Source of the DNA: an uncultured Actinomycetota bacterium
Lineage (GTDB): Bacteria; Actinomycetota; Actinomycetes; JAFAQI01
Reading direction: 5' to 3'
DNA: 64,000 bases
Assembly (NCBI GenBank): GCA_963770565.1
Contig: CAVYQE010000008.1
Span: forward strand, 96,001 to 160,000
Shown here in pieces: positions 49,632-59,192 of the stretch. Below the pieces are notes generated by a model that searched no databases, was not told where the DNA came from, and saw nothing but the letters and a program-made list of their open reading frames with translations. Numbering within the stretch: the first letter of the stretch is position 1; every line of letters begins with the position of its first letter. Both the position numbers and the translations under genes were made by a program.

Positions 49632-49838
49632 ATGGCGGATCAGACGTACGGCATCAGCGAGGTCGTGGGCACCAGCCCGGACAGCGTCCACCAGGCGATC
49701 CGCAACGGTGTCGCGAAGGCCGCGCAGACCGTGCGCAACCTCGACTGGTTCGAGGTGACCTCGATCCGCGGCCAGCTCGACAACGGCGAGGTCGCGCACT
49801 TCCAGGTCCAGATGAAGGTGGGCTTCCGGATCGAGTAG
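49632..49838 (+). CDS. dodecin (flavin-binding)
   Basis: EVVGTS...NLDWFEV..IRG...HFQVQMKVGFRIE. Confidence 0.94.
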   Translation: MADQTYGISEVVGTSPDSVHQAIRNGVAKAAQTVRNLDWFEVTSIRGQLDNGEVAHFQVQMKVGFRIE

Positions 49839-49895
49839 CGCCAGTCACAAGGCGGTTCCGCGGAAACGTGTTCTCGATGCGCGGCGTGACTCGGT

Positions 49896-50144
49896 TCAGG
49901 CCGGTGAGCCCGATTCCGGTGCGGGATCCGTCGCCTCTCCGAAGCCGGCAAGCACGGCCAACAGGTCGGGCGGCACTGACATGCCGTTGACCTCGAGGTC
50001 CAGCACGTAGGCAGCGAGCGCCTCTCGATACTCCTCCTGTGCTTCGAGCACCGCGGGGGAGTCGGCGTCCTCCCGGCTGCGCAGGTCGTCGTACGCGAGC
50101 TTTGCGTTGGCGTACTGCTCCGAGACTTCGGGATCGAGTGCCAC
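49896..50144 (-). CDS. small acidic hypothetical protein
   Basis: Helical, YREALAAYVLDLEVNGMSVPPDL; plausible codon usage. Confidence 0.6.
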   Translation of the reverse strand: MALDPEVSEQYANAKLAYDDLRSREDADSPAVLEAQEEYREALAAYVLDLEVNGMSVPPDLLAVLAGFGEATDPAPESGSPA

Positions 50145-50187
50145 GTCCGCGAAGGTATCCCGCGCCGCAGCGGCCGGCCAACCCGGG

Positions 50188-51579
50188 CTACGACGCCTGG
50201 CTCACCGAGCTCATGTTGAACTCCGCGATCCGGAGCGCCGGCATCCGGGTGCGGGTGAAGTAGTCGCCGAACTCGCGGGCGAGGGTGTCTTCGCTCCGGC
50301 CGACCTCGGTTACCCGGCGCAGCATGCCGATCGGGCTCTCGTTGTACCTGAAGTTGTTGACCGCGCCGGTGACCTCGCCACCCTCGACCAGGAAGACGCC
50401 GTCCCGGGTCAGGCCAGTGAGCAGCAGTGTCTGCGGATCGACGACCCGGATGTACCACATGCAGGTCAGCAACAGGCCGCGGTCGGTGCGCGCGACCAGG
50501 TCGTCGATGCTCGCGCTCGACCCGTCAACGCCCAGCTCGAGGTTGTCGCCGAACGGCGTGAACGGGAGCCCGGTCACGTCGGCAGAGTGGCGAGTCTGGA
50601 TCAGCGCGTTCAACGCACCTTCGCGGATCCAGTCGGTCGACTCGATCGGGGCGCCGTTGTCGAAGGTCGACGACATCCGGCTCGACGCCGGACACACCAC
50701 GAACGGCACCGTCTCCTGGCCCGGCATCGCCGGGTCGGATCGCAGGGTCAACGGGACATCGGTCAGCCGCTCGCCGACCCGGGTGCCACCACCGGGCTTG
50801 GAGTAGACCGACTGGCCCTCGTCCGCATCGAGCGCGCTAGAGCTCCAGTACGCGTAGATCATCAGGTCGGCGACCGCACTCGGCGGCAGGATCGTCTCGT
50901 AGCGACCGGCGTCGAGCGCAACCTGCCGCTCGCTCCACGACAGCCGCTTCGCGACATCCGCCTCCAGTGCGGCCAGGTCGATCGCGCCCACGCTGCTCGC
51001 GCCCTGCCCGCTCCACGCCGACCGCGACCCGTCACTCGAGCGACCGGTCAGCTCGACCCTGACCTTCGGCTCCACATGACGAAGACGGAGTCCGGTGGAC
51101 GACCCCAGGTACGTCGTCGACACCGAGTGCTCGGCGTAGCCGTACCGGCCCTGGCCGGCGTCGCGCGCGGCGCCGAAGATCTCGCCGAGCCAGCCGGCCA
51201 GATCCGACAGCGCGGCGACCGGCGCTTCGACGCCAGGGGCGTCCCAGTCCACCGCGACGCCGCCGGTGATGAGGTCGGCGGCATCGTCGGCCAGCGTGGA
51301 GCCCTTTGCCGCGACCTCGGCTTCGGCGACCAGCGCGTCGACGCCGTCGGCGTCGTGGACGTTGCGGCTGACCGACGCCGACGTGACCCCGTCCGGGCCT
51401 TGGTTGCTGGCAATGACGGTGAGGCCGAGCATGCGGGTGACCCCGTTGGTGGTGAGGGTGTTGTTCGCCCACCGCAAGTTGGTCGTCGCGTCGTCGTTGG
51501 CGATCACGACGCAGCCGTCGGTGGTCGACGCGGCGAGCGCTCGGTCGACGAGCTGTTGGGGGCTGAGCGCGTTGCTCAC
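50188..51579 (-). CDS. tldE: TldE/PmbA-like protein
   Basis: NLRWANN, GRYETILPP, LTGLTRDG, NNFRYNESP; no HExxxH; GTGA overlap with tldD. Confidence 0.85.
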   Translation of the reverse strand: MSNALSPQQLVDRALAASTTDGCVVIANDDATTNLRWANNTLTTNGVTRMLGLTVIASNQGPDGVTSASVSRNVHDADGVDALVAEAEVAAKGSTLADDAADLITGGVAVDWDAPGVEAPVAALSDLAGWLGEIFGAARDAGQGRYGYAEHSVSTTYLGSSTGLRLRHVEPKVRVELTGRSSDGSRSAWSGQGASSVGAIDLAALEADVAKRLSWSERQVALDAGRYETILPPSAVADLMIYAYWSSSALDADEGQSVYSKPGGGTRVGERLTDVPLTLRSDPAMPGQETVPFVVCPASSRMSSTFDNGAPIESTDWIREGALNALIQTRHSADVTGLPFTPFGDNLELGVDGSSASIDDLVARTDRGLLLTCMWYIRVVDPQTLLLTGLTRDGVFLVEGGEVTGAVNNFRYNESPIGMLRRVTEVGRSEDTLAREFGDYFTRTRMPALRIAEFNMSSVSQAS

Positions 51580-53081
51580 TGCGAGTTCTCCTGAGTTGCG
51601 TTGAGGATCCGGACCCCGTCGAAGCGGGCCGATGGGCATCCGTGGCTGACCGCGGCGACCTGGCCGGGCTGCCCCTTGCCGCAGTTGAAGGCGCCGCCGA
51701 GGACGTACGTCTGCGGTCCACCGACCGCCGACATCGAGCCCCAGAAGTCAGTGGTCGTCGCCTGGTAGGCGGCGTCGCGAACCTGCCCGGTGATCTCGCC
51801 GTTCCTGATCCGGTAGAAGCGCTGCCCGGTGAACTGGAAGTTGTAGCGCTGCATGTCGATCGACCAGGACTTGTCGCCGACCACGTAGAGGCCGTTCTCG
51901 ACCCCGCCGATCAGCTCGGCGGTCGTCGGCCCGCCGGCCACCGGCTGCAGGCTGACGTTCGCCATCCGCTGGATCGGCACGTGCAGCGGCGAGTCCGCGA
52001 AAGCACAGCCGTTCGAGCGATCCATCCCGGTCAACGCGGCGGTCCGGCGGTCGAGCTGGTAGCCGACCAGGATCCCGTCGCGGATCAGGTCCCAGGTCTG
52101 GGCCGCCACGCCCTCGTCGTCGTACCCGACCGTGGACAGCCCGTTGGTCACCTGCCGGTCGCCGGTCACGTGCATCAGGCCGCTTCCGTAGCGGAGCGAG
52201 CCGAGCTTGTCAGGCGTGGCGAAGGAGGTGCCGGCGTAGTTGGCCTCGTAGCCGAGCGCCCGGTCGAGCTCGGTGGCGTGCCCGATCGACTCGTGGATGG
52301 TGAGCCAGAGGTTCGACGGGTCGACGACCAGGTCGTAGCGGCCGGGCTCGACCGACGGCGACTGCGCCTTCTCAGCCAGCGCTTCCGGCAGCGAGGCGAG
52401 CTCGCTGCCCCAGTCATAGGTGTCGGTCAGGAACTCCCAGCCCTGCCCGACCGGCGGTGCCAGCGTGCGCATCGTCTCGAACTGGCCGGTGCTGTCGTCC
52501 ACCCACAGGGCGGAGAGCTGACACTGCAGCCGGACCCGCTGCTGGGTCGTGACCGTGCCGTTGAGATCGGCGAAGAACTTGTTTTCGCGGACCTGCCTGA
52601 TGTGCGCATCGACGTGCCGGACGATCTCGGCGTCGAGCAGCCGGTTGGACCAGTCGGCGAGCAGCGCGATCCGGTCCGGCTCGCTGACCGCGAACGGGTC
52701 GACCTCGTACGACGAGATCCAGGTCTGCTCGCCGTGACCCGGCTCGGGGGCCAGCTCGATCCGCTCGCCGGTCACCGGCTTAGAGACCACTGCGACCTCG
52801 ATCGCCTGGTCGACGAGGGCCCGCGCCGCCGCGGGGTCGAGCGCCAGCCCGCCCGCAAAGCCCCACGTCCCGTCATGCACGACGCGAACCGAGAGCCCCC
52901 GCTCGTCGTCGTCGTGACTGGTCTCGAGCCGGGCGTCGTGCAGCGCCAGGTCGCCGGTCCGGATCCGCTCGATCCGCACGTCGGCGTGTTCCACGCCGAG
53001 CTCCTGGGCCCGCTCGAGGGCGGCGTCGGCGATCGCGCGGAGCGGCAGTGCGGCGAACTCGGGGTCGATCTCGGGTGCCAT
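51576..53081 (-). CDS. tldD: TldD-like metalloprotease
   Basis: TIHESIGHATELDR, YDDEG, QRMAN, NCGKGQP. Confidence 0.92.
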   Translation of the reverse strand: MAPEIDPEFAALPLRAIADAALERAQELGVEHADVRIERIRTGDLALHDARLETSHDDDERGLSVRVVHDGTWGFAGGLALDPAAARALVDQAIEVAVVSKPVTGERIELAPEPGHGEQTWISSYEVDPFAVSEPDRIALLADWSNRLLDAEIVRHVDAHIRQVRENKFFADLNGTVTTQQRVRLQCQLSALWVDDSTGQFETMRTLAPPVGQGWEFLTDTYDWGSELASLPEALAEKAQSPSVEPGRYDLVVDPSNLWLTIHESIGHATELDRALGYEANYAGTSFATPDKLGSLRYGSGLMHVTGDRQVTNGLSTVGYDDEGVAAQTWDLIRDGILVGYQLDRRTAALTGMDRSNGCAFADSPLHVPIQRMANVSLQPVAGGPTTAELIGGVENGLYVVGDKSWSIDMQRYNFQFTGQRFYRIRNGEITGQVRDAAYQATTTDFWGSMSAVGGPQTYVLGGAFNCGKGQPGQVAAVSHGCPSARFDGVRILNATQENSQ

Positions 53082-53090
53082 TGCGGCGCG

Positions 53091-54044
53091 TCAGCTCCTT
53101 GGGTCGAGGACGAGCTTGCCGGTGCTGTTGCGGGCCCGCAGGTCCTCGTGGGCGCGGCGGGCGTCGCCGAGCGGGTAGGTGGCGCCGACGATCGGCTTCA
53201 GCCGACCGTCCGCGACCAGCCCGAGCAGCTCGGCCATCGGCTCCTTCACCATGCCCGGCTTGCCGAGGCAGTGAACCAGCCAGAAGCCGATCACCGCCCG
53301 GCTCCGTTGCAGCAGGGCGCCCGGCTCGATCGGCGTCGGCGGAGTCCGGCCGGCCATCCCGAAGGTGACGAGCCGCCCGAACGGTGCGAGCGCGGCCAGG
53401 CTTGCGTCGAAGGTCGGGCCGCCGACCATCTCAAGGACGATGTCGACCGGCGCGCCGCCGTTGGCGTCCTTCAGCGCCGCCTTGAGATCCGCCTCGCCGC
53501 CATCGACGGTGGCGTCCGCGCCGAGGCTGGCGGCCAGCTCGCGCTTGTCCGGTGACGAGGCGACGCCGATCACCCGGCCGGCTCCCCAGAGCTTGGCCAG
53601 TTGGATTGCCAGCGTGCCGACGCCACCGGCCGCGGCGTGTACGACGACACTCTCGCCCGGAGCGAGGTGGCTGCAGGTGCGCAACAGGTGCCAGGCCGAC
53701 AGTCCTTGCACCATCAGGGCGAGGGCCTGCCCGTCGCTCACGGCGTCCGGCAGATCGAAGGTGAGATCCGGGTAGGCGAGCGCCTTTTCGGCGTACCCGC
53801 CGGTGCCGACCAGCGACGAGACCCGCCTGCCGTCAGAGGTCACGCCGACGACCTCGCTGCCCGGGATCATTGGAAGCTGCGTGTCCGACAGGTAGCTGTT
53901 CTCGATCTGATGGGTGTCCGCGTAGTTGACGCCCGCCGCGGTGACCTCGACCAGGTCGAAACCCTCGGTCGGGGCCGGGTCGGGCACCTCTTCGAGGCGT
54001 AGGACCTCGGGCCCGCCGAACTCGGTGATTCGAATCGCGCGCAT
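53091..54044 (-). CDS. NADPH:quinone oxidoreductase (MDR family)
   Basis: FGGPEVL, GVNYAD, HAAAGGVG, GKLVL. Confidence 0.93.
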   Translation of the reverse strand: MRAIRITEFGGPEVLRLEEVPDPAPTEGFDLVEVTAAGVNYADTHQIENSYLSDTQLPMIPGSEVVGVTSDGRRVSSLVGTGGYAEKALAYPDLTFDLPDAVSDGQALALMVQGLSAWHLLRTCSHLAPGESVVVHAAAGGVGTLAIQLAKLWGAGRVIGVASSPDKRELAASLGADATVDGGEADLKAALKDANGGAPVDIVLEMVGGPTFDASLAALAPFGRLVTFGMAGRTPPTPIEPGALLQRSRAVIGFWLVHCLGKPGMVKEPMAELLGLVADGRLKPIVGATYPLGDARRAHEDLRARNSTGKLVLDPRS

Positions 54045-54086
54045 GTCGCGACCCTATCCGCCGGTAAGGCGGCCAGCGATCGCTCG

Positions 54087-54518
54087 CTACCTCATCCGGA
54101 ACGGTTGGGGCGGTGGCTTGAGGTCGGCGCGCGGGCAGGTCGCCAGCGACAGCCCACCGAACGCGAGCGCCTCGTCGCACAAGGCGGTGATGGTCAGGCC
54201 GTGCTCGACACCTGTTCGGGTGATCGTCGCTCGGAAGACGGTGATGTCGAACCGGGTCGGGACGCCGTACGCGATCTGCATCGTGCCCATCAGCCGGGAG
54301 GTGCCGGGACCGCCGTCCAAGCCGTCCCACGGCTTGTCGTAGTGCCGCCAGGTGGTCGGCTCCGACCACCACTCGCCGCCGATCCGGACGTCATGAAGGG
54401 CGAGCTCGACGAGCACGTGGCGCGCCGACCGCTCGGGGATGATCGCGGCCGGTCGGATCACTTCAGTGACGTCGCCGTCGTCGTAGGCCTGGGTGAGCAG
54501 GCTCTCGGTGAGATCCAC
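54087..54518 (-). CDS. hypothetical protein
   Basis: GAGGA SD before GTG 54518; globular-looking sequence with Trp cluster. Confidence 0.7.
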   Translation of the reverse strand: MDLTESLLTQAYDDGDVTEVIRPAAIIPERSARHVLVELALHDVRIGGEWWSEPTTWRHYDKPWDGLDGGPGTSRLMGTMQIAYGVPTRFDITVFRATITRTGVEHGLTITALCDEALAFGGLSLATCPRADLKPPPQPFRMR

Positions 54519-54668
54519 GAAGTCCTCTTCGCTGTCGGTCCATCGCCGGGTTCGTCCTGTCCGCGTGAGGATCGACCGGGTCCGCTCCCGGCTGCATGGG
54601 TCATTGGTCTGGAGAAATCGGGGCATACCGACCGGCCAAGGGGTGGGCAGAGCACCTATTCTCGATCC

Positions 54669-54971
54669 GTGGCTGACTTCGACACCGCTCCCACCGAGAC
54701 CGGCGCTGGCACTGGCACGCTCACCGACACCCGGATCGACCCGCGGCTGTCCAACGACGGCGATCACGAGCGGTTCGCTCATTACGCCGACCGCGACAAG
54801 GTCACCGAGGCGATGGTGACCGGCGTACCGGTCGTGGCGCTGTGCGGGAAGGTCTGGGTGCCCAGCCGCGACCCGTCGCGATTCCCGGTCTGCCCGGAGT
54901 GCAAGCGGCTGTACGAGCTCGGCCCCGAGGGCCGGATGAACGAGTGGCGGGAGCGCGCGAACCAGTCCTGA
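54669..54971 (+). CDS. DUF3039 protein
   Basis: GDHERFAHY...VVALCGKVWVP...PVCPECK. Confidence 0.9.
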   Translation: MADFDTAPTETGAGTGTLTDTRIDPRLSNDGDHERFAHYADRDKVTEAMVTGVPVVALCGKVWVPSRDPSRFPVCPECKRLYELGPEGRMNEWRERANQS

Positions 54972-55024
54972 GCGCGGCCTTCGCGGTCACTGACAAGCAT
55001 TCGGAGCGGGCGCATACTTGACCC

Positions 55025-55789
55025 ATGGCTGTTGAGAAGTGGTTCCCCCCGCTCCCGGTGTTCGACTCGCTCGAGGACGAGCGGCGACACCGCAAGGAGC
55101 GGCTCGCGGCGGGCTTCAGGTTGTTCGCCAAGTTCGGTTTCGAGGAGGGTGTCGCCGGCCATATCACCGCGCGTGACCCGATCGAGCCGGACACCTTCTG
55201 GGTCAATCCGTTCGGCGTGCCGTTCGCGCACGTGAACGTGAGCTCGCTGATCCGGGTCAACCACTCCGGCGAGGTCGTCGAGGGCAACTTCCACGTCAAC
55301 GAGGCGGCGTTCTGCATCCACTCGCAGGTCCATCAGGCCCGGCCGGACGTGACCGCCGCGGCGCACAGCCACTCGATCCACGGCCGCGCGCTTTCGACCC
55401 TCGGTACGACGCTCGAGCCGATCACGCAGGACGTCTGCGCGTTCTATGACGATCACTCGCTGTTCGACGACTACACCGGCGTCGTGACCGACATCGAAGA
55501 GGGCAAGCGGATCGCCGTCTCGCTCGGTGAGAACAAGGCGGTCATCCTGCGCAACCACGGGCTGTTGACGGTCGGCGAGACGGTCGACTCCGCGGTCTTC
55601 TGGTTCATCTCGCTGGAACGATGCTGTCAGGTCCAGCTGCTGGCGAAGGCGGCCGGCGAGGTGGTCCACATCGATCCCGAACAAGCGCAGCAGACGCACG
55701 ACTACGTCGGTAGCGAGTTCGCCGGGTGGTTCTCGTTCCAGCCGTTGTGGGCGAAGATCACCCGCGAGCAGCCGGACCTCTTCGACTGA
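55025..55789 (+). CDS. class II aldolase/adducin-family protein
   Basis: EGVAGHIT, AAHSHS, ILRNHGLLT. Confidence 0.92.
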   Translation: MAVEKWFPPLPVFDSLEDERRHRKERLAAGFRLFAKFGFEEGVAGHITARDPIEPDTFWVNPFGVPFAHVNVSSLIRVNHSGEVVEGNFHVNEAAFCIHSQVHQARPDVTAAAHSHSIHGRALSTLGTTLEPITQDVCAFYDDHSLFDDYTGVVTDIEEGKRIAVSLGENKAVILRNHGLLTVGETVDSAVFWFISLERCCQVQLLAKAAGEVVHIDPEQAQQTHDYVGSEFAGWFSFQPLWAKITREQPDLFD

Positions 55790-55810
55790 CCGACGCACCT
55801 CCGCTGCGCC

Positions 55811-56623
55811 GTGGGACCCGTCATCGAGATCGATGACCCCGCCGACCCCCGGCTGTCGGACTACCGCTCGTTGACCGACGTCGCGTTGCGGACGAAGATC
55901 GAGCCGCCGAACGGGTTGTTCATCGCCGAGGGGGCCTTGGTCATCGAGCGCGCAGTCGATGCTGGATACCGGTTGCGCTCGGCGCTGATGTCGCCGCAAT
56001 GGCTCGATCGCACCGCGGAGGCCCTCGAGGGCGCGGATGCTCCGGTCTACCTGGGTTCGGACGCGCTGCTACGGACGGTCACCGGCTTCCACGTCCATCG
56101 GGGCGCGCTGGCCTCGGTGCATCGCCAACCGGTCGGCGAGCTGTCCGACCTGCTCGAACGGGCTCGCCGGCTGGTCGTGATCGAGGACATCGTCAGCCAC
56201 ACAAACCTGGGCGCGATCTTTCGGGCCGCGGCAGCGCTCGGGATGGACGGCGTTGTGCTCTCGCCGCAGTGCGCCGACCCGCTCTACCGCCGATCGGTGC
56301 GGGTGTCGATGGGCGCGGTCTTCGCGGTCCCGTATGTCCGGGCCGCGCCGTGGCCGGGCGTGCTCGAGGAGTTGCGGGCGAGCGGCTTTCGGGTCCTTGC
56401 GTTGACGCCGGCGCCCGACGCGACCGCGCTCGCTTCAGGCCCGGTCGACGGGACCGCCAAGATCGCGGTGTTGCTCGGCACCGAGGGAGCCGGCCTCAGC
56501 ACCCGGGCCGCGGACCTCGCCGATGAGCGGATCCGGATCCCGATGATGGGCGGCATCGACTCGCTCAACGTCGCCGCGGCGGCCGCGATCGCGTTCTGGT
56601 CGTTCGGCGACCGAAGTGGGTAG
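55811..56623 (+). CDS. TrmH/SpoU RNA methyltransferase
   Basis: NLGAIFR, RVSMG, GTEGAGL, DSLNVAAA. Confidence 0.92.
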   Translation: MGPVIEIDDPADPRLSDYRSLTDVALRTKIEPPNGLFIAEGALVIERAVDAGYRLRSALMSPQWLDRTAEALEGADAPVYLGSDALLRTVTGFHVHRGALASVHRQPVGELSDLLERARRLVVIEDIVSHTNLGAIFRAAAALGMDGVVLSPQCADPLYRRSVRVSMGAVFAVPYVRAAPWPGVLEELRASGFRVLALTPAPDATALASGPVDGTAKIAVLLGTEGAGLSTRAADLADERIRIPMMGGIDSLNVAAAAAIAFWSFGDRSG

Positions 56624-56632
56624 AACGGAGTG

Positions 56633-57506
56633 ATGACGTCCACGACCATCGAGCCGCCGATCAACTCCGCCGGGACCTTTGCGATCGGTGGCGACCTGAC
56701 CGTCCATCGGCTCGGATTCGGGGCGATGCAGATCACCGGGCCGGGCGTGTGGGGCGACCCGTCGGACCCCGACGAGTGCATCCGGGTGCTTCGGCGCGCG
56801 GTCGAGCTCGGCGTTGACCTGATCGATACCGCCGACGCGTACGGCCCGTTCGTCTCCGAGGACCTGATCCGGACCGCGCTGCATCCGTACCCCGCCGGGC
56901 TGGTCATCGCGACCAAGGGTGGGTTCACCCGTGGCGGTCCGGCCGACTGGCGGCCGGTCGGGCGGCCGGCGTACCTCCGCCAGTGCGTGGAGATGTCGCT
57001 GCGCCGGCTCGGGCTGGAGCGGATCGACCTGTACCAGCTGCATCGCGTCGATCCGGACACGCCGCTCGAGGACTCGCTCGGCGAGCTGGCCACGATGCAG
57101 GACGAGGGCAAGATCCACCACATCGGGCTGTCCGAGGTCGAGGTCGACGTGATCGCGAAGGCGCGCGAGATCGTCGACATCGTCAGCGTGCAGAACCTTT
57201 ACAACCTCGGCAACCGGGCGCACGACGACGTGCTCGACTACTGCGAAGCCGCCGGGCTCGGCTTCATCCCGTGGTTCCCGCTGGCGACCGGCCAGCTGGC
57301 TCGCGACGGCGGTCCGCTCGGCGGCGTTGCGGAGCGGCAGAACAGCACCGCCTCACAGCTCGCTCTGGCCTGGCTGCTTCGACGGTCGCCGGTCATGCTG
57401 CCGATCCCCGGCACCTCCTCGGTCCCGCATGTCGAAGAGAACTGTGCGGCGGCTCGGATCGAGCTGACGGATGAGGAGTACGCCGAACTGTTCCGACGCG
57501 ATGTGA
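56633..57506 (+). CDS. aldo/keto reductase (natural stop apparently shifted out of frame by 1 nt)
   Basis: RLGFGAM, IDTADAYG, IDLYQLH, IGLSE, PIPGT; removing one T at 57491-57492 gives ...ELSDAM* ending 57506. Confidence 0.85.
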
Positions 57507-57532
57507 CCCGCTCGGCGGTTAGGCTCGCTCGC

Positions 57533-59131
57533 GTGCCGGTGTTGCCTGATCGGGTGGACCGCGACGCCCCGGACCAAGCAGCCCGGCGCGAGTCGCTGCT
57601 CGAACTGCTGGCCGAGCACGCCCGGCAACTGGAGCTGGCGAACCTCGGCGGTGGCGAGCGTTATATCGAGCGGCACCGGGCCCGCGGCAAGCTGCTCGCG
57701 CGCGAGCGGGTGGAGCTCCTGCTCGACGCCGACTCGCCGTTTCTCGAGCTCTCGCCGCTGGCCGGATGGGGCACGCCGTACACGGTCGGTGCCAGTTTGG
57801 TGACCGGCATCGGGGTCGTCGAGGGCACCGAGGTGATGATCGTCGCCAACGACCCGACCGTGCGCGGCGGAGCGGTGAACCCGTTCACCGCGCGCCGGCA
57901 GCGGCGGGCGATGCAGATCGCGGACGAGAACCGGCTGCCGCTGGTGAACCTGGTCGAGTCCGGCGGGGCCGACCTGCCGACTCAGAGCGAGATCTTCATC
58001 CCGGGCGGCGCCGGGTTCCGGGACCTGACCCGCAAGTCCGCGGCGGGGATCCCGACGATCGCGCTGGTGTTCGGCAACTCGACTGCGGGCGGCGCCTACG
58101 TGCCGGGCATGAGCGACTACGTCGTGATGGTCGAGGGCCGCGCGAAGGTGTTCCTCGGCGGGCCGCCACTGGTCAAGATGGCGACCGGGGAGGTCTCCGA
58201 CGACGAGGAGCTCGGCGGCGCGGCGATGCACGCGCGTACCAGCGGGCTGGCCGACTACCTCGCGGTCGACGAGGTCGACGCGATCCGACTCGGCCGGCAG
58301 ATCGTCCGGCGGCTCAACCGGCGCAAGCTCGGGCCGGCGCCGGCGGCGTCGTACGCGGAGCCACGCTATGCCGCCGACGACCTGCTCGGCATCGTGCCGA
58401 CCGACCTGCGCGAGCCGTTCGACCCACGCGACGTGCTCGCGCGGATCCTCGACGGCAGCGAGTTCGACGAGTTCAAGCCGCTCTACGGTTCGTCGCTGGT
58501 CACCGGTTTCGGTCAGCTGCACGGCTATCCGATCGGCGTGCTCGCGAATGCGCGCGGGGTGTTGTTCGCCGAGGAGAGCGAGAAGGCGGCGCAGTTCATC
58601 CAGCTCGCCAACCAGTCGGACACGCCACTGTTGTTCATGCAGAACACCACCGGCTACATGGTCGGCAAGGACTACGAGCAGCGCGGCATCATCAAGGCCG
58701 GCGCGCAGATGATCAACGCGGTCTCCAATAGCGACGTCCCGCACCTGACCGTGACGACGGGCGCGTCGTACGGCGCCGGCAACTACGGCATGTGCGGTCG
58801 CGCCTACGACCCGCGGTTCCTGTTCACCTGGCCGAACGCCAAGTCGGCGGTGATGGGACCCGCGCAGCTCGCCGGAGTCCTGTCGATCGTGGCCCGCGCA
58901 TCCGCGGAGGCAAAGGGCGAGGCGTACGACGAGGAAGCCGATCGAGCGATGCGGGAACTGGTCGAGACCCAGATCGAGGCGGAGTCGAAGGCGTTGTTCC
59001 TGACCGCGCGGGTGTATGACGACGGCATCATCGATCCGCGCGATACCAGGACTGTGCTCGGCTTCGCGCTCTCGGTGGTGCACAACCAGCCCGTGCAGGG
59101 ACGCCGCGGCTTCGGCGTCTTCAGAATGTGA
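57533..59131 (+). CDS. acyl-CoA carboxylase carboxyltransferase subunit (MCC/AtuC-like)
   Basis: RGKLLARER, VESGGA, GNSTAGGAY, GASYGAGNYGMCGR, GVFRM; own TAGGCT-7nt-GTG. Confidence 0.92.
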   Translation: MPVLPDRVDRDAPDQAARRESLLELLAEHARQLELANLGGGERYIERHRARGKLLARERVELLLDADSPFLELSPLAGWGTPYTVGASLVTGIGVVEGTEVMIVANDPTVRGGAVNPFTARRQRRAMQIADENRLPLVNLVESGGADLPTQSEIFIPGGAGFRDLTRKSAAGIPTIALVFGNSTAGGAYVPGMSDYVVMVEGRAKVFLGGPPLVKMATGEVSDDEELGGAAMHARTSGLADYLAVDEVDAIRLGRQIVRRLNRRKLGPAPAASYAEPRYAADDLLGIVPTDLREPFDPRDVLARILDGSEFDEFKPLYGSSLVTGFGQLHGYPIGVLANARGVLFAEESEKAAQFIQLANQSDTPLLFMQNTTGYMVGKDYEQRGIIKAGAQMINAVSNSDVPHLTVTTGASYGAGNYGMCGRAYDPRFLFTWPNAKSAVMGPAQLAGVLSIVARASAEAKGEAYDEEADRAMRELVETQIEAESKALFLTARVYDDGIIDPRDTRTVLGFALSVVHNQPVQGRRGFGVFRM

Positions 59132-59135
59132 ATAC

Positions 59136-59178
59136 CCCACGACGTCGCTCGCTGCGCTCACGACGCCGCGGGGGCCCC
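59136..59178. repeat. short REP-like hairpin between carboxylase subunit genes
   Basis: CCCCACGACGTCG-CTCGCTGCGCTCA-CGACGCCGCGGGG. Confidence 0.5.
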
Positions 59179-59192
59179 AAAGGAGCGAACCC

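Noticed and set aside
49896-53081. TldD/E with a small ORF as a RiPP cluster
   Set aside because: No YcaO, radical SAM or other maturase; the small protein is not precursor-like
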